Shown here in pieces: positions 35,487 to 46,169 of a stretch of DNA of 50,331 nt (its first letter is position 1; every line of letters begins with the position of its first letter). The DNA comes from Monosiga brevicollis MX1 (Eukaryota): NCBI RefSeq assembly GCF_000002865.3, contig NW_001865084.1, positions 174,133 through 224,463 on the forward strand, read 5' to 3'. Under the pieces are notes generated by a model. That model was not told where the DNA came from, did not search any database, and was given only the letters and a program-made list of their open reading frames with translations. The translations under genes were made by a program, and so were the position numbers.

Positions 35487-37568
35487 ATGGAACGCAGCTC
35501 CTCCTCAGTGTCACCCATTCCGACGCGAAGGGAAAGGTCAACGGCGGTCGCCACTCATCCAGCCGGCCCAGGCATGCCTTCTTCCGATCACTCGGAACCA
35601 TCACATGCCCCAACCCAGCACAACGAGGCGACCGTGCCCGTTGACACCCAAAACCAAGACCCCGGTACGCAAGGGAGCAGCGGCAGCACCAGCAGCAACA
35701 GCAGTATGCATTCAAGCAAAAGTATCAGCAGTGGTTCCGAGCATGACAGCGGCACTGGTACCGATGACACCAGCAGCGACGGCGTTAGTGAGTTACCTCT
35801 AGCAAGTGATGATGAAGCTCCCAAGTCTCGTCGACCGTCACCACTTTCACCGCCTACGCCACGACCCAGGCTATTGAAACATGCCCCAGCACAGGCTGTT
35901 CATGACGCGGGACAGTCTCGCACCCGTCAATCCGCACCGGCCGCACGTCTTTGCAGCCCAACTTCCTCCAAGGCAGGCGACCGCACAGCTGCTCCAAACG
36001 GTGATCAAAGGGGCTGTTCTTCCTCTTCTGCAAAGGCAGCAACCCTACCTCCCGCTTCCTTCAAACGCTCAGCTGTCCAATCACTCGCTCGAGGCAAAGA
36101 ATCCCCCGCCCCTTCCCCGGAAAGCAATACATCCCTGCCGACTGGCGCCCCCCCTGTTTCCAAGCGTGCTCGAGCTGATGGAGGCCTGGGCAAGCAGCAG
36201 AAGGAAACCTCACAGCCGTTGGCTCAACGTTCTGTGTCGCGCACCTTGGACGCCGTCAAGCGGCGCGACAAGGATGAAGTGGTGGAAGAGGAGGAGGGAG
36301 ATATCGATAATCTCGATGAGGAGGATCATGAACCATCTCTGACTGCGCTGAAGGGGATCTCAGATCATACATTGCTGGGCCCGCGCCGCACTTTTAACTT
36401 GCACCTGAAGCAAAACGCTTTGAGGCCTGATGAGGTGGCAGCTTTGAAGCGATTGCGACGACGCCGCCTAAACGCGCTCTATGCCCGCGGGAGTCGTCAG
36501 CGCAAAAAGCACCGAGCAAAACTGGCTGCCCGGGAGGCGGAAGATCAACAAGACGTGGCCACCATGCACGGGCCGGACAACGGGATGATTCAGCGCCAGA
36601 TCAGACAACTGCGGGTTGCTTTGGCTGCGTGCTTGGCAGATCGTCAGTTTCTATTGCAGCGACTAGGCGCCGTGGGCATGGGTGTGGACCTATCTGAGAT
36701 GCGCTATCAGCCCAACATGGAAGACTCGACCACCGTCACGGTTAAGGCGCCTTCCAAGCCAACGATACGCATTGGCAATGCTCAGTCCGCTATGCGCTCC
36801 TCTGATCGTGTGACGAGATTGTCGTCCACAGCCGTTCCAGACTCGGACAAGGAGCCCGGGCTCGCAAGCCGCGCGCACAGTCACGAACGTGCGTTCTTTG
36901 TGGATGACGAGGATGATCAGCCAGTTCGACAAAAGCAGAGTACCAAAGAGCGGGACGGGCATACTCAATCGTCACCAACAAGGCGAGCAAGCTCATCGCC
37001 GCAAGCAAAGAGCAGGAAGGGGGCATCCCAATCTGCCGCCTACGCAGGGCCGCAACCAATGACATGGAGTGATCATGGCCCGTCATCCCAGCTGGCACGC
37101 ATGCCATCCGTATCGATGGAGTTTGAAAGGTCTGACATCATGCCAGCGCCCCCGAATGGGTTTTCGACACCAGTGCCCCATCTCCAACTCGACGTGCGAG
37201 CTCAAATGAATGTCCAGGCTCATATGCAAGCTCAAGCTCAAGCCCAAGCCCAGGCCCAGGCTCAGGCCCAGGCCCAGGCTCAGACCTTCAACATGTGGCA
37301 AGCCCACAACATGTATCCATACGCGCCACCATCAACGCACTATGCAACAACGCCGGCCGTCGTGGCCCTGAATCCGCAGCCCCAAGCAAACATGATGATG
37401 GGCGGCAATACAGGATACCCCGTGTATGCACCGTCCCCCGGCATGCCCGCGCAACTTCATAGACCCATGGGTGCTGTGCACCCGCTCTCTGCACTCGCAC
37501 CGCGCATGTCTTGGACCCTTGGCGCTCCCGTCAATCACCCCTCCCGTACACAAACATCAAGCCCCTAA
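35487..37568 (+). CDS. Maf/CNC-like bZIP transcription factor, 693-aa uninterrupted ORF, with a (QA)n tract (true start may be upstream)
   Basis: ISDHTLL...FNLHLKQNALRPDEVAALKRLRRRRLNALYARGSRQRK matches the Maf extended homology region plus basic region (N-x7-R with NxxYA). Disordered Ser/Pro flanks. QA repeat at about 37227-37283. Confidence 0.8.
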   Translation: MERSSSSVSPIPTRRERSTAVATHPAGPGMPSSDHSEPSHAPTQHNEATVPVDTQNQDPGTQGSSGSTSSNSSMHSSKSISSGSEHDSGTGTDDTSSDGVSELPLASDDEAPKSRRPSPLSPPTPRPRLLKHAPAQAVHDAGQSRTRQSAPAARLCSPTSSKAGDRTAAPNGDQRGCSSSSAKAATLPPASFKRSAVQSLARGKESPAPSPESNTSLPTGAPPVSKRARADGGLGKQQKETSQPLAQRSVSRTLDAVKRRDKDEVVEEEEGDIDNLDEEDHEPSLTALKGISDHTLLGPRRTFNLHLKQNALRPDEVAALKRLRRRRLNALYARGSRQRKKHRAKLAAREAEDQQDVATMHGPDNGMIQRQIRQLRVALAACLADRQFLLQRLGAVGMGVDLSEMRYQPNMEDSTTVTVKAPSKPTIRIGNAQSAMRSSDRVTRLSSTAVPDSDKEPGLASRAHSHERAFFVDDEDDQPVRQKQSTKERDGHTQSSPTRRASSSPQAKSRKGASQSAAYAGPQPMTWSDHGPSSQLARMPSVSMEFERSDIMPAPPNGFSTPVPHLQLDVRAQMNVQAHMQAQAQAQAQAQAQAQAQAQTFNMWQAHNMYPYAPPSTHYATTPAVVALNPQPQANMMMGGNTGYPVYAPSPGMPAQLHRPMGAVHPLSALAPRMSWTLGAPVNHPSRTQTSSP

Positions 37569-37934
37569 AGCCTGTTTTGCCACTCAGGAGCCCCTTGACC
37601 CATGGGTGAAATGAAAAATTCAAGACTAGGACATATTTACGCTTGTCTTGCTGAATGACAAAGCGATTTGATTTTCCAGTTTTGAACGTTTGGCGGCCGA
37701 AGCCATCCCATTACTCGGCCTCGCCGGTCGATGAAGAAGGGAAACGCAAAGACAACAGGACAGCTGGAAAAAGACCACCGTCTCTTTGTTGCAACCTCAT
37801 CCAACGGCACGGCAGGGATGAAATTATGTCCTTACTTGTGAAACCAGCAAATAGTCACGGTCTTTCAAAGTCCTTTTTGTGCTTGGCGGCTTGGTGTGTG
37901 ACCTTTCTCGCTCAAAGGCTGCTTTCCTTAAACA

Positions 37935-38070
37935 AACAGACACACAGACCGACAGACAGACCGACAGACAGACAGACAGACCGACCGACAGACGGGCAAA
38001 GACACACACACACACACACGCACACACAAACTCACACAAACTCACACAAACACACACACACACACACATT
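37935..38070. repeat. Compound (GACA/GACC)n and (CA)n microsatellite
   Basis: Directly visible; followed by a 22-bp direct repeat tttcgccttctctctgttgtct x2 at about 38139-38182. Confidence 0.88.
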
Positions 38071-38234
38071 AAATTTTGATTGTCAGATGTTTTCTATGGT
38101 TCGAAGTTCCCTTTCTCTCTTTCTCTCTCTTTTTTATGTTTCGCCTTCTCTCTGTTGTCTTTCGCCTTCTCTCTGTTGTCTTTCTTTTGGTAATTTTTTT
38201 TTCCTTACATGTGAATGCCGCTTGTTCAGGGGTC

Positions 38235-39632
38235 ATGATGGTGCCATGCCTCGGCACGGTTGGATGGAGTGCTCCGGCCGTGGCCCTGCAATTGGTGCTG
38301 TTGTTGGCAAGTGCCGTTCATGTGGAAACGACCGTTACTCAGTTGCCTGATGCGCCCGTGTGGTATACGGCGTGCCCGACCTCGTCCTATCAGATTCGAT
38401 ACAGCCCGCCCACGGCAGAGTTGCTTCCTCAACTCGAGCTCGTCTTCAATAACGCGGTTGCCAAGGGCTTTGATGAGGTGCCAGCCGACCCGACCTTCTT
38501 TGCACTCATGATCACCGGCAAGGATGAGGCGCACGAGTACTTTGCACGCAAGTCAATGGAATCCTTTGTCCATCAGGCAGCCACGCGCAAGGTGCTCGTC
38601 ATTATCAACGACTCCCCCAAGTACACGCTCACCGGCCCAGTCTCCGAATGGCTGGCTGACATGCAAACCTCCGTCATGGCCTCACCCCCGCCCTGCGTTG
38701 TCGAGATTCGCGTGGAGCCAAAGCGCTACGTGCTCGGTGACCTTCGCAACATTGGTATCAACGCGGTGCCGCTCGGCGGTGTTTGGGTACAATGGGACGA
38801 TGATGGTAAGGTTTGGCCCAAGTGTGCCCACTTTTGCAAGCGCACGCACACACACACACCAAAAAAAAAAAAAAAAAAAAAAAAAATGACACTTCAAGAG
38901 CACTGGTGGCGCGAGCTTGTGCTACACCACTTTGAATCCCCGTTGTATGCGCAAGCTCGCGCGAGCCGGTCGCAGGCGCGCGCCACATGCTCATTTGCGC
39001 CCCTCCGTGCTCCTCTTCGTGCACCTTCGTTGTGCTGTCACAGATTGGCATGACCGGCAGTACATGACCCTCAACGGCAAGGAAATGGTCACCTCAAACA
39101 CGCACGCGCTGACCATCAAATCGCAATACCGATATTTTTTCACCAAGAACAGCAGCTATATCCATCAACGTACGCCCCATCAGCGCGCCATCGCTGCTTC
39201 GTGCCCAGTGCCATTGGCGCACGCAAAAAGCCTCACCTGTGTCCCTTTCGCCTGTGGGCCCCTGCAGCTGCCATCGCCTTTGGCATTGAAGGCACGGTCA
39301 TGGTCTTCAAGACGCCCACCGTGGCCCCCATCCAATACCGCGCCAAAGGCAGAGCAGAAGACACAATCTACCTTCGGATGCTTCGTCAAGCAGAGGTTCC
39401 CGCAGCTGCCTGGGACAACCCCACCTGGTTGTACTTTCGTTTCTATCACGGTATCAATACGTGGGACGCCAACCACTATCGCATCAACAAGCTCCCAGAC
39501 GAAAATGCATGGTGCTGCCATCTACCCACTCATGCCTGCGGCTGTGCCGATGAAATGGCCAATGAGCTTCACGCCTTTGTCATTGAGGTTTACCAAGACG
39601 TCGCCGCCGCTCTGGCCGCGGCGCCTAGCTAG
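38235..39632 (+). CDS. Secreted or signal-anchored GT-A fold (GT2-like) glycosyltransferase; exons 38235-38805, 39044-39169, 39268-39632
   Basis: Hydrophobic leader VALQLVLLLASAV; FFALMITGK; SFVHQ...KVLVIINDS; LGDLRNIGI; VQWDDD|DWH (DxD motif split by an intron); GRAEDT; YFRFYHGINTW. Confidence 0.8.
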
Positions 39633-39889
39633 GATGTCAATGACTTGCCAAGGTTGCATCGGCCCCATTCCCGTTGCACCATTTGCACTCACAGCAAGTG
39701 ATGTTTTTGTATTTATTATTTATTTTCCCAATCATGTTGGTTGACCAGCTTTACAAGGGTGAAAATTGAATGACAGCAAGAGCTGACCACCACGCTTCTC
39801 TTCCCGATCACGCGCATGCTCTCTTCAAACCACAACCGGGCCAATCCCCATGCCTGACTGCCTTGGCATGTCTGCGAGGCCAGGTAAGT

Positions 39890-42064
39890 TTAACTGCACA
39901 GCGGGCACGAAGCATTCGCACTCAAGACTTGACAGTCACCCAAGCCGTCGAGCTCGCTCGCAGCCATTGTGAGGTTTAAGACAGGATTGTTGCAAATCCG
40001 AATCGCGGTTCCCGTCGAAACGAGCGCGCCCAGACCACTGATACTAGACAGCTTGGCATTCTCCTGAACATGAAGAAAAAAAAAAACAAAAAAGGAGGTC
40101 GGCAAATCCAATGTTGAATCAGCAAAAAAAAAAAAAAAAAAAGGATAAAAAATTAGACTCGGCAAAGGTCACACGCTCTGGATCGTGGGAGAAGTGGAAC
40201 GCGGGCTTTCCGAAACTTACGGCAATGTACAAGTTGCCTTCGATCGATTCGATTCGGCTCAAGCCGTTCAAATCAGAGAGCTCAGTGTTGTTCTACACCA
40301 GAATGTATGATTGAGTTTTATTCGGAAACCAGGTGGACCTGATCCCACTCACAAGACATATACCACAGCCATCAATAGCGCCCGGTATAACTCAAAGTAC
40401 CGCGCAATTTCATACATTGATGTGCAGGTTACCGCCAATGTGAGTCACGTTGCTCAGCCCGTCGATTGTTGTCAAGGCCTTGTTTTCCTAACGTGTGCAC
40501 GGTGAGATCCATGCATTGCCTCGACACCCAGGCCAGCCAACCCGACGTTTGTACACTGGTGTGCCTGCCTCGAGACTGTGTGACCTCAAAGGGACAAGGG
40601 ACCGCTCGATGGCACTCTTACGCGGATGAAGAGATAGCCTGGGATATCAGTGAGGTGTCCAAGCCCGCTCATATTTGACAATGCATCGTTGCCCTGCGCA
40701 GTTGATTCCGCGGAGTCAGCATGGAAGCACGTATGCTTGGGGGACAGTGGTGGACTGTGCTCGCAAACTTACATAAATGGATAGGTAACCGTTGAGAGTT
40801 GACAGCTGATGCAAGCCGCCAAGACTGGCAAGACGCGAATTGCCCTACAAAAATGAATGATATTAATCAGTGTTGTGACCACGATCTTACGCTACCAGGA
40901 CGCACATCCCAACCTACAAAGATAAACAGGTCACCGCCAATTGCCTTCAGCATTCCCAAGCCGTCAATGTCCATCAGTGCCTTGTTAGCCTGAATGAGGT
41001 CAGCAACCAACACGCCGAGTTTCAGTGGCAACCAGAAACGCATTCGTAACGTAAGAGATGGAGCACCGGTATGTAACCAAGCGCTCAATGTCGATCTGCA
41101 GCATCACCCACAAAAATCGTCAACCCAGACCCCACGGAGCCCAGCTGCTCGAGCCCTGCGAGGCGACTTAAGGCATGATTGCCCTGTCGAAAAATAAATC
41201 AAGGAGGTCGGATCCGTGAGAGAGGGCAAAGAATAATATGATGGATTTACCAGGGTCAGGTAAGAATCTCACGCACGTCAAGAGAGAAAGAGCCGCCTAT
41301 CAACTGAAGGCGTCTCAGACCTTCAATGCTCGTCAAGCCTCCGTTGTTCTGACAGCAAGGAAGTTCTCAGGATCAGAGCGATGCCGCCGTCACAGTGCTC
41401 GTGCAACCAAGATACAATTCCGGAAAATCAAAGATGGCAAGCTTACTTGGATATAAAGAGACCCACCGACCGTGGTGAGGCGGCCAAACGCGTCAAGATG
41501 AGCCAAGGCACCATTTTGCTATCACCGGGAAGAGGAACAGCCAAAGTGAACGATGAAGCTGGGCGAACTGAGCACGAAAGCAGGCCCAAAAGCGAAACCT
41601 ACAGCAATCCTCAAATCTTCATCAATGCGGACAAGGCGCTGAAAGACCTGCAGGTCTGATGCTTGCAGGGACGTGCAGGTGTTCAGGTCGACGCTGCCTT
41701 TGATGTGCGTCACATTGGTCGGCACGTCGATGAAATTGCAGCCAACGCTCTGATCATAGACGACCGGTGGATCCGTTGGAGAAAACGGGGTGGTTGATGC
41801 TGGCGGTGTTGTCGCGCTTGGAGTCGACGCGGCGGAATCCTGACCATATTCCGCTCGCAGCTCGGCCAACTCGCCCAACACATCCACGCCGTTCAGGTAA
41901 ATTCGTGAGTCACTCGACGAGCCACCACTGCTTATATGCAGGTGGCCATCGGCATCGACCTCAATGGTGGGATCACCAACAATTTCACCAGCCTTCACGG
42001 ACATTACCACCCCACACACCATGATCACCGCGGCGCTGGCGACACAGCCCAACAGCCGGGTCAT
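39890..42064 (-). CDS. Secreted receptor-L-domain/LRR-like protein, about 403 aa; 10 exons: 41603-42064, eight 72-nt exons (41447-41518, 41277-41348, 41112-41183, 40918-40989, 40773-40844, 40622-40693, 40416-40487, 40221-40292), 39890-40063
   Basis: Signal peptide MTRLLGCVASAAVIMVCGVVMSVKA, Ser/Thr/Pro stalk, then repeats xNxxLxxLxGLxxLxxIxGxLxIx. Every internal exon is bounded by AG/GT, phase 0 and stop-free. Cys-rich C-cap. Confidence 0.9.
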
Positions 42065-42853
42065 CTCGACGTGTGTGAAGGACCACCACCACACCACGCA
42101 TGGAGTAGGCGATGATTCTTCAATATCTCCTTTATGAAATGCAAAATCTTGGCTTGGATTCGCGTTGAAAACGACGTTTTCTCCACAAAGTCCTTCTTTA
42201 GTTTTCGTCCTTGGTATATGGCAGCATCGTATGTCGTATCGCGTCGCGTGTGTGAGATGACGCGATCTTGATTTCAATTCTGATGCTAACTCTGCGATCC
42301 GAGTGGATCAGATGAGGTCGGCTACCCTTTGCAGTTGGCTTAACGGAGGCCAGGGAGACTTCAAGGTGCCCGCAAATAAGCGTTTAACTTGAGTATGTTC
42401 ATATACAAATCTTTTCCGATTCTTCATTGCCAACGGTCATACCACATGGAATACACCGGCTCTCGTCCGATCGCCGCAGTTAAGCCATGTTGGGCCATGC
42501 TAGTACTATCGTGGGTGACCAGATGGGAATACATGGTGTTGTTGGCCTCTTGATATTTTTTTCTTGCGACGATTTTAGCTTCTTCTTTTTCTTTAACATT
42601 TTCAGCAAAGGTTTCCTTACGCGAGATTATCACTTCTTCATCTGCTTGATATTCTTCGACATTAACTTTTGTGCCCTTGGTGTGTGGGCTAATTCGATCA
42701 TGCGCAAAACTTGATCCTGGTGCGAGCGATAATAAGGGGTCACTGGTTGAGGAGGAGAGCAGAGTGCCGGCGTAGAGACAGCAAGTCAAAAGCAGCAGGG
42801 TATACATGGAGACTAGATAAGGTTGAGGACATGGCGAGGGCGTTGTCAGCATG

Positions 42854-42938
42854 GAGTCAGGGCAGAGTCAGGGCAGAGTCAGGGTAGAATCAGGGCAGAG
42901 TCAGCCTGGAATCAGCGGAGAGTCCGCGTAGAGTCAAG
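42854..42938. repeat. 11-bp minisatellite GAGTCAGGGCA, about 8 units, degenerating rightwards
   Basis: Units start at 42854, 42865, 42876, 42887, 42898, 42909, 42920, 42931. Confidence 0.85.
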
Positions 42939-43227
42939 AAACTCGTGGTGACCCACCCCTGTAGCACCACCCAGACCCAAGCATGTCTCTTATCCTGCTT
43001 TCAGATGATAGCCACCTCCGCTTAAAATCACTTTTCTTCGACAGAAACACCTTAATCCGCTAGGGTTAAAATGGGCATAAAGTGCAACAACCTCAAATTA
43101 TTCGCCATAAACTTAAAAGCAACACCTGACACACTTTCGTCTATTTATAGGGGCTTCCTTACGAGAACAAAAGGGTATGTTCACGATATTTGTCAAGTAT
43201 CGTACTACACTCCGCCACACCCGACCC

Positions 43228-43277
43228 CTCATAAGCAAATCTCATAAGCAAAATCTCATAAGCAAAACCATAAGCAA
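43228..43277. repeat. CTCATAAGCAAA(A)T tandem repeat, about 4 units
   Basis: ctcataagcaaat ctcataagcaaaat ctcataagcaaaa ccataagcaa. Confidence 0.85.
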
Positions 43278-43588
43278 CAGAAGCAAAGTCAGGTTTTCAA
43301 GCAGAACCCCAGGACCGAGGCTGCTGCCAGCAGCTCATATGAGCAGTTATGACCGTTGCCTCTTTCTTCTTATTCTCAGGAGATCACAATGACAGCACCA
43401 GCCCAAAAGCCAAGGCCCTTGCATCTCGTCCTTGCCTCTTCACCTCTTCGCCTCTTCTTCAAGTGCAGGCGACTCGATGAGCTCGGCATTTTTCTACTGG
43501 AGATCATCCACGACTGCATCCGAGCTCTAGGACCACACCCACAAACTCGCCGCCGTATCGCTGCGCCTGCAGACCGGCCACCAACTTG

Positions 43589-46169
43589 ATGCTGCGCCAC
43601 ATCGCCATTGTCGCCCTTGCGGCGCTACTCTCACTGCCTCCCTCGGCCTCGCAATCCATTGATTCCAATGCTGGTCAGAACTCAAACGCTGACTCTTCCC
43701 CACCTCTCTCGTTCTGCTGCTTCTGGATGCCATGCCGCGTCAGTGTCGTATGCTCACATCTGCCGAATTCTCTCGTTCCCATTTCTCCTGCCTCCCTGCC
43801 GCCCTGATAATAGTGCTTGAAGCCATCAAGGATCATTTGCATCCCATCTGCACCTCTCATGGTGTCAGCGTGATTGACAACGCAACCAATACCAAGACGT
43901 GCCTGTGCGACAGCAGCTACGCGGGTGACTCTTGCGAGTAGGTTTTTTTATTTTTTATTTTTATTTTTTTTTTTTTGTCACGTTGCGCATTCTGCTCCGC
44001 CCACACCAAGCCCTTACCAATGGCCTATCTGCACTCTGTAGCGAGTTCGTGGGCGTGGGCATACTGCGCTGTGCGCTGGCGGGTGATGTGCCCCTGCTTC
44101 TCACCGTGCTTGAAGGCGTGACGACGCTCCGTGGCGACCTTGTCATGTCGGATGGCTGCGTGACGGCTGATGCCATCACCGCCGTGGGCAAGCTCACCAA
44201 GATCGATGGCAACGCTTTCATCTATGACCCGACCACACCGACCCAGCTTGCCACGGACTGGCCCGAAAATCATTGGGAAACTGTGACCGGCTGCATCGCC
44301 CTGGCCAATCTGCCCGAAGCCGGCCTTGTTGGACGCACGCTCTTCCCTGATCTCACTGAGCTTGGTGCTTGTTCACTCGACGAGGTGGAGAGCAAACTGC
44401 CCTCGGCCTACTGGGACACGTTTGTCAATCGAACCATCCCGCCTCAAATCTCGATGATGCTCAACCACATTGGAGCGGACCACGAGGCCTGTGTCAGCGG
44501 CTGTGACAACATTTCCCTTGCTTCTAAGCTGCGCACGATGCCCGGTGCCCTACTGCTAGATGACCTGCCCGCCCGAGACCTCAACGAAGGTCTCCTGGAA
44601 CACGTGGGCGGCCTGCACGTCCGCAACTGCCCCCATGTTGAAATCTTGGGCACGTCCCATCTGGCGACCATTGGCGAGCACGGCCTGCTCCTTCGTGAAA
44701 CCGGCCTGAAGAACCTTGACGACCTGGCAGGGGTTCAAGTTGTTCGACTTGGCTTTGTGGATATCACAAGCAACGACCACCTGGAGAATGTGCTGGGCTT
44801 CAACCCGACTGTTGTCGAGCGCAGCGGCACGGTCAGCACCTCTGTTGAATTTCAGCTCGTATGCCAGAACGGCTATCATTCAGGCTTTCCCGAGACCGAG
44901 TGTACTTGCGCCTCGCCCGAGTACTCGGGCAAGCTGTGCGACACCATCACCGGTGACTTTTTCTGCATGGACTTTGCCCAAGCCGAGACCCTCAACCAGA
45001 CCCTAGCCAACGTGCGCCACGTGATTGGTAACATTCATCTGACTGACACGTGCATGGAGATGTCGTTCCTCAACTTCCCCTACCTCACGAGCATTGAAGG
45101 CAGCCTCATTGTCAACTCCTTTGGCATGCCCATTGTCGAGCCAGGCTTTCCGAGTTTGAAGTCTGTCTCGACCGTGCACATCGAGTCTGTACCCGCAACC
45201 AGCATCGATTGGCTGCCCGAGCTCGAGACGGTGGGCTCGCTGAGCATCCAGAACAACGACCAGCTTACCAACCTGTCGGGACTCGCCGCGCTGACCACCA
45301 TCGACGAGGCACTCGAGATCTTTGCGTGCCCTGCGATGACCTCGTTTACCGGCCTCGAGAATGTGGCGCGCATTGGTTCGCTCTCCATCGTCTCCTCAAA
45401 TTCGTTAACCAACTTTTCAGCCCTCAACGGTGCCGAGCCGGTGCTTCTGCTCGGTCAGAACTCTGCACCAGCTCTGAGCATTGATGCGTGCGCAGATTGC
45501 GAAGCTCTTTGGTCGCACTTGGTGGAGACGGTCGAGATTGCTGACGGCGCCAGTGTCAGCGTGCCGTGGTCTACCTGTGGCGGCTTTGGCACGGTGCCGG
45601 CTGGTAGCCTGTCTTGCGCCTGTAACCCAGGCTACACAGACTACATGTGCACCGGCTACAACGGCGATGACTTGATCTGCAACGTGTCGACCGCCAGTGA
45701 CATCAAGGCAATGCTTGCTGGCGTCACCCACCTCTACAGCCCTCTAGTCCTTCTCCTTTATTGTGGCGCTGGCTCCAGCTATGGACTTTTGGACACGGTG
45801 ACATACGCAGCCGCTCTCTACTTTGAAGATGCCATCGATTATCAGGGCCAGATCCCGGCGGGACTGGGCTATGTGAGCATCTTTGAGACGCAATTATCTG
45901 ACATGTCGCTCTTTGGCGCAGTCACGCACATTGACAGCCTGGAGATTAACAGCAACGAATACATGACCACTTTGGATGGCCTCGAGAGCCTGGAGACAGC
46001 GGGCCAGCTCGTGGTTTACAACAATCCCACGCTGACCAACGTGGATGCGCTCGGCAGCCTCCTCAGCGTCACCGGCGACCTCATCATCGTCAACAACGAT
46101 GTGGACGTCAACGCCATCGCCTTTGACGTCAACGCCATCTCCACCAACACCACCCTAGTCACCGGCTAA
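43589..46169 (+). CDS. Secreted protein with three alternating EGF-like and receptor-L-domain/LRR modules; exons 43589-43673, 43814-43937, 44042-46169
   Basis: Signal peptide MLRHIAIVALAALLSLPPSAS. EGF-like C-x-C-x5-G-x2-C type ends CLCDSSYAGDSC, CTCASPEYSGKLC, CACNPGYTDYMC. L-domain repeats FPYLTSIEGSL, NNDQLTNLSGLAALTTIDEAL, NNPTLTNVDALGSLLSVTGDL. No clear TM segment. Confidence 0.87.

Noticed and set aside
40221..43277. CRISPR-like array (regularly spaced units, short repeats)
   Set aside because: No identical nucleotide direct repeats with unique spacers and no cas genes; periodicity comes from exons and minisatellites
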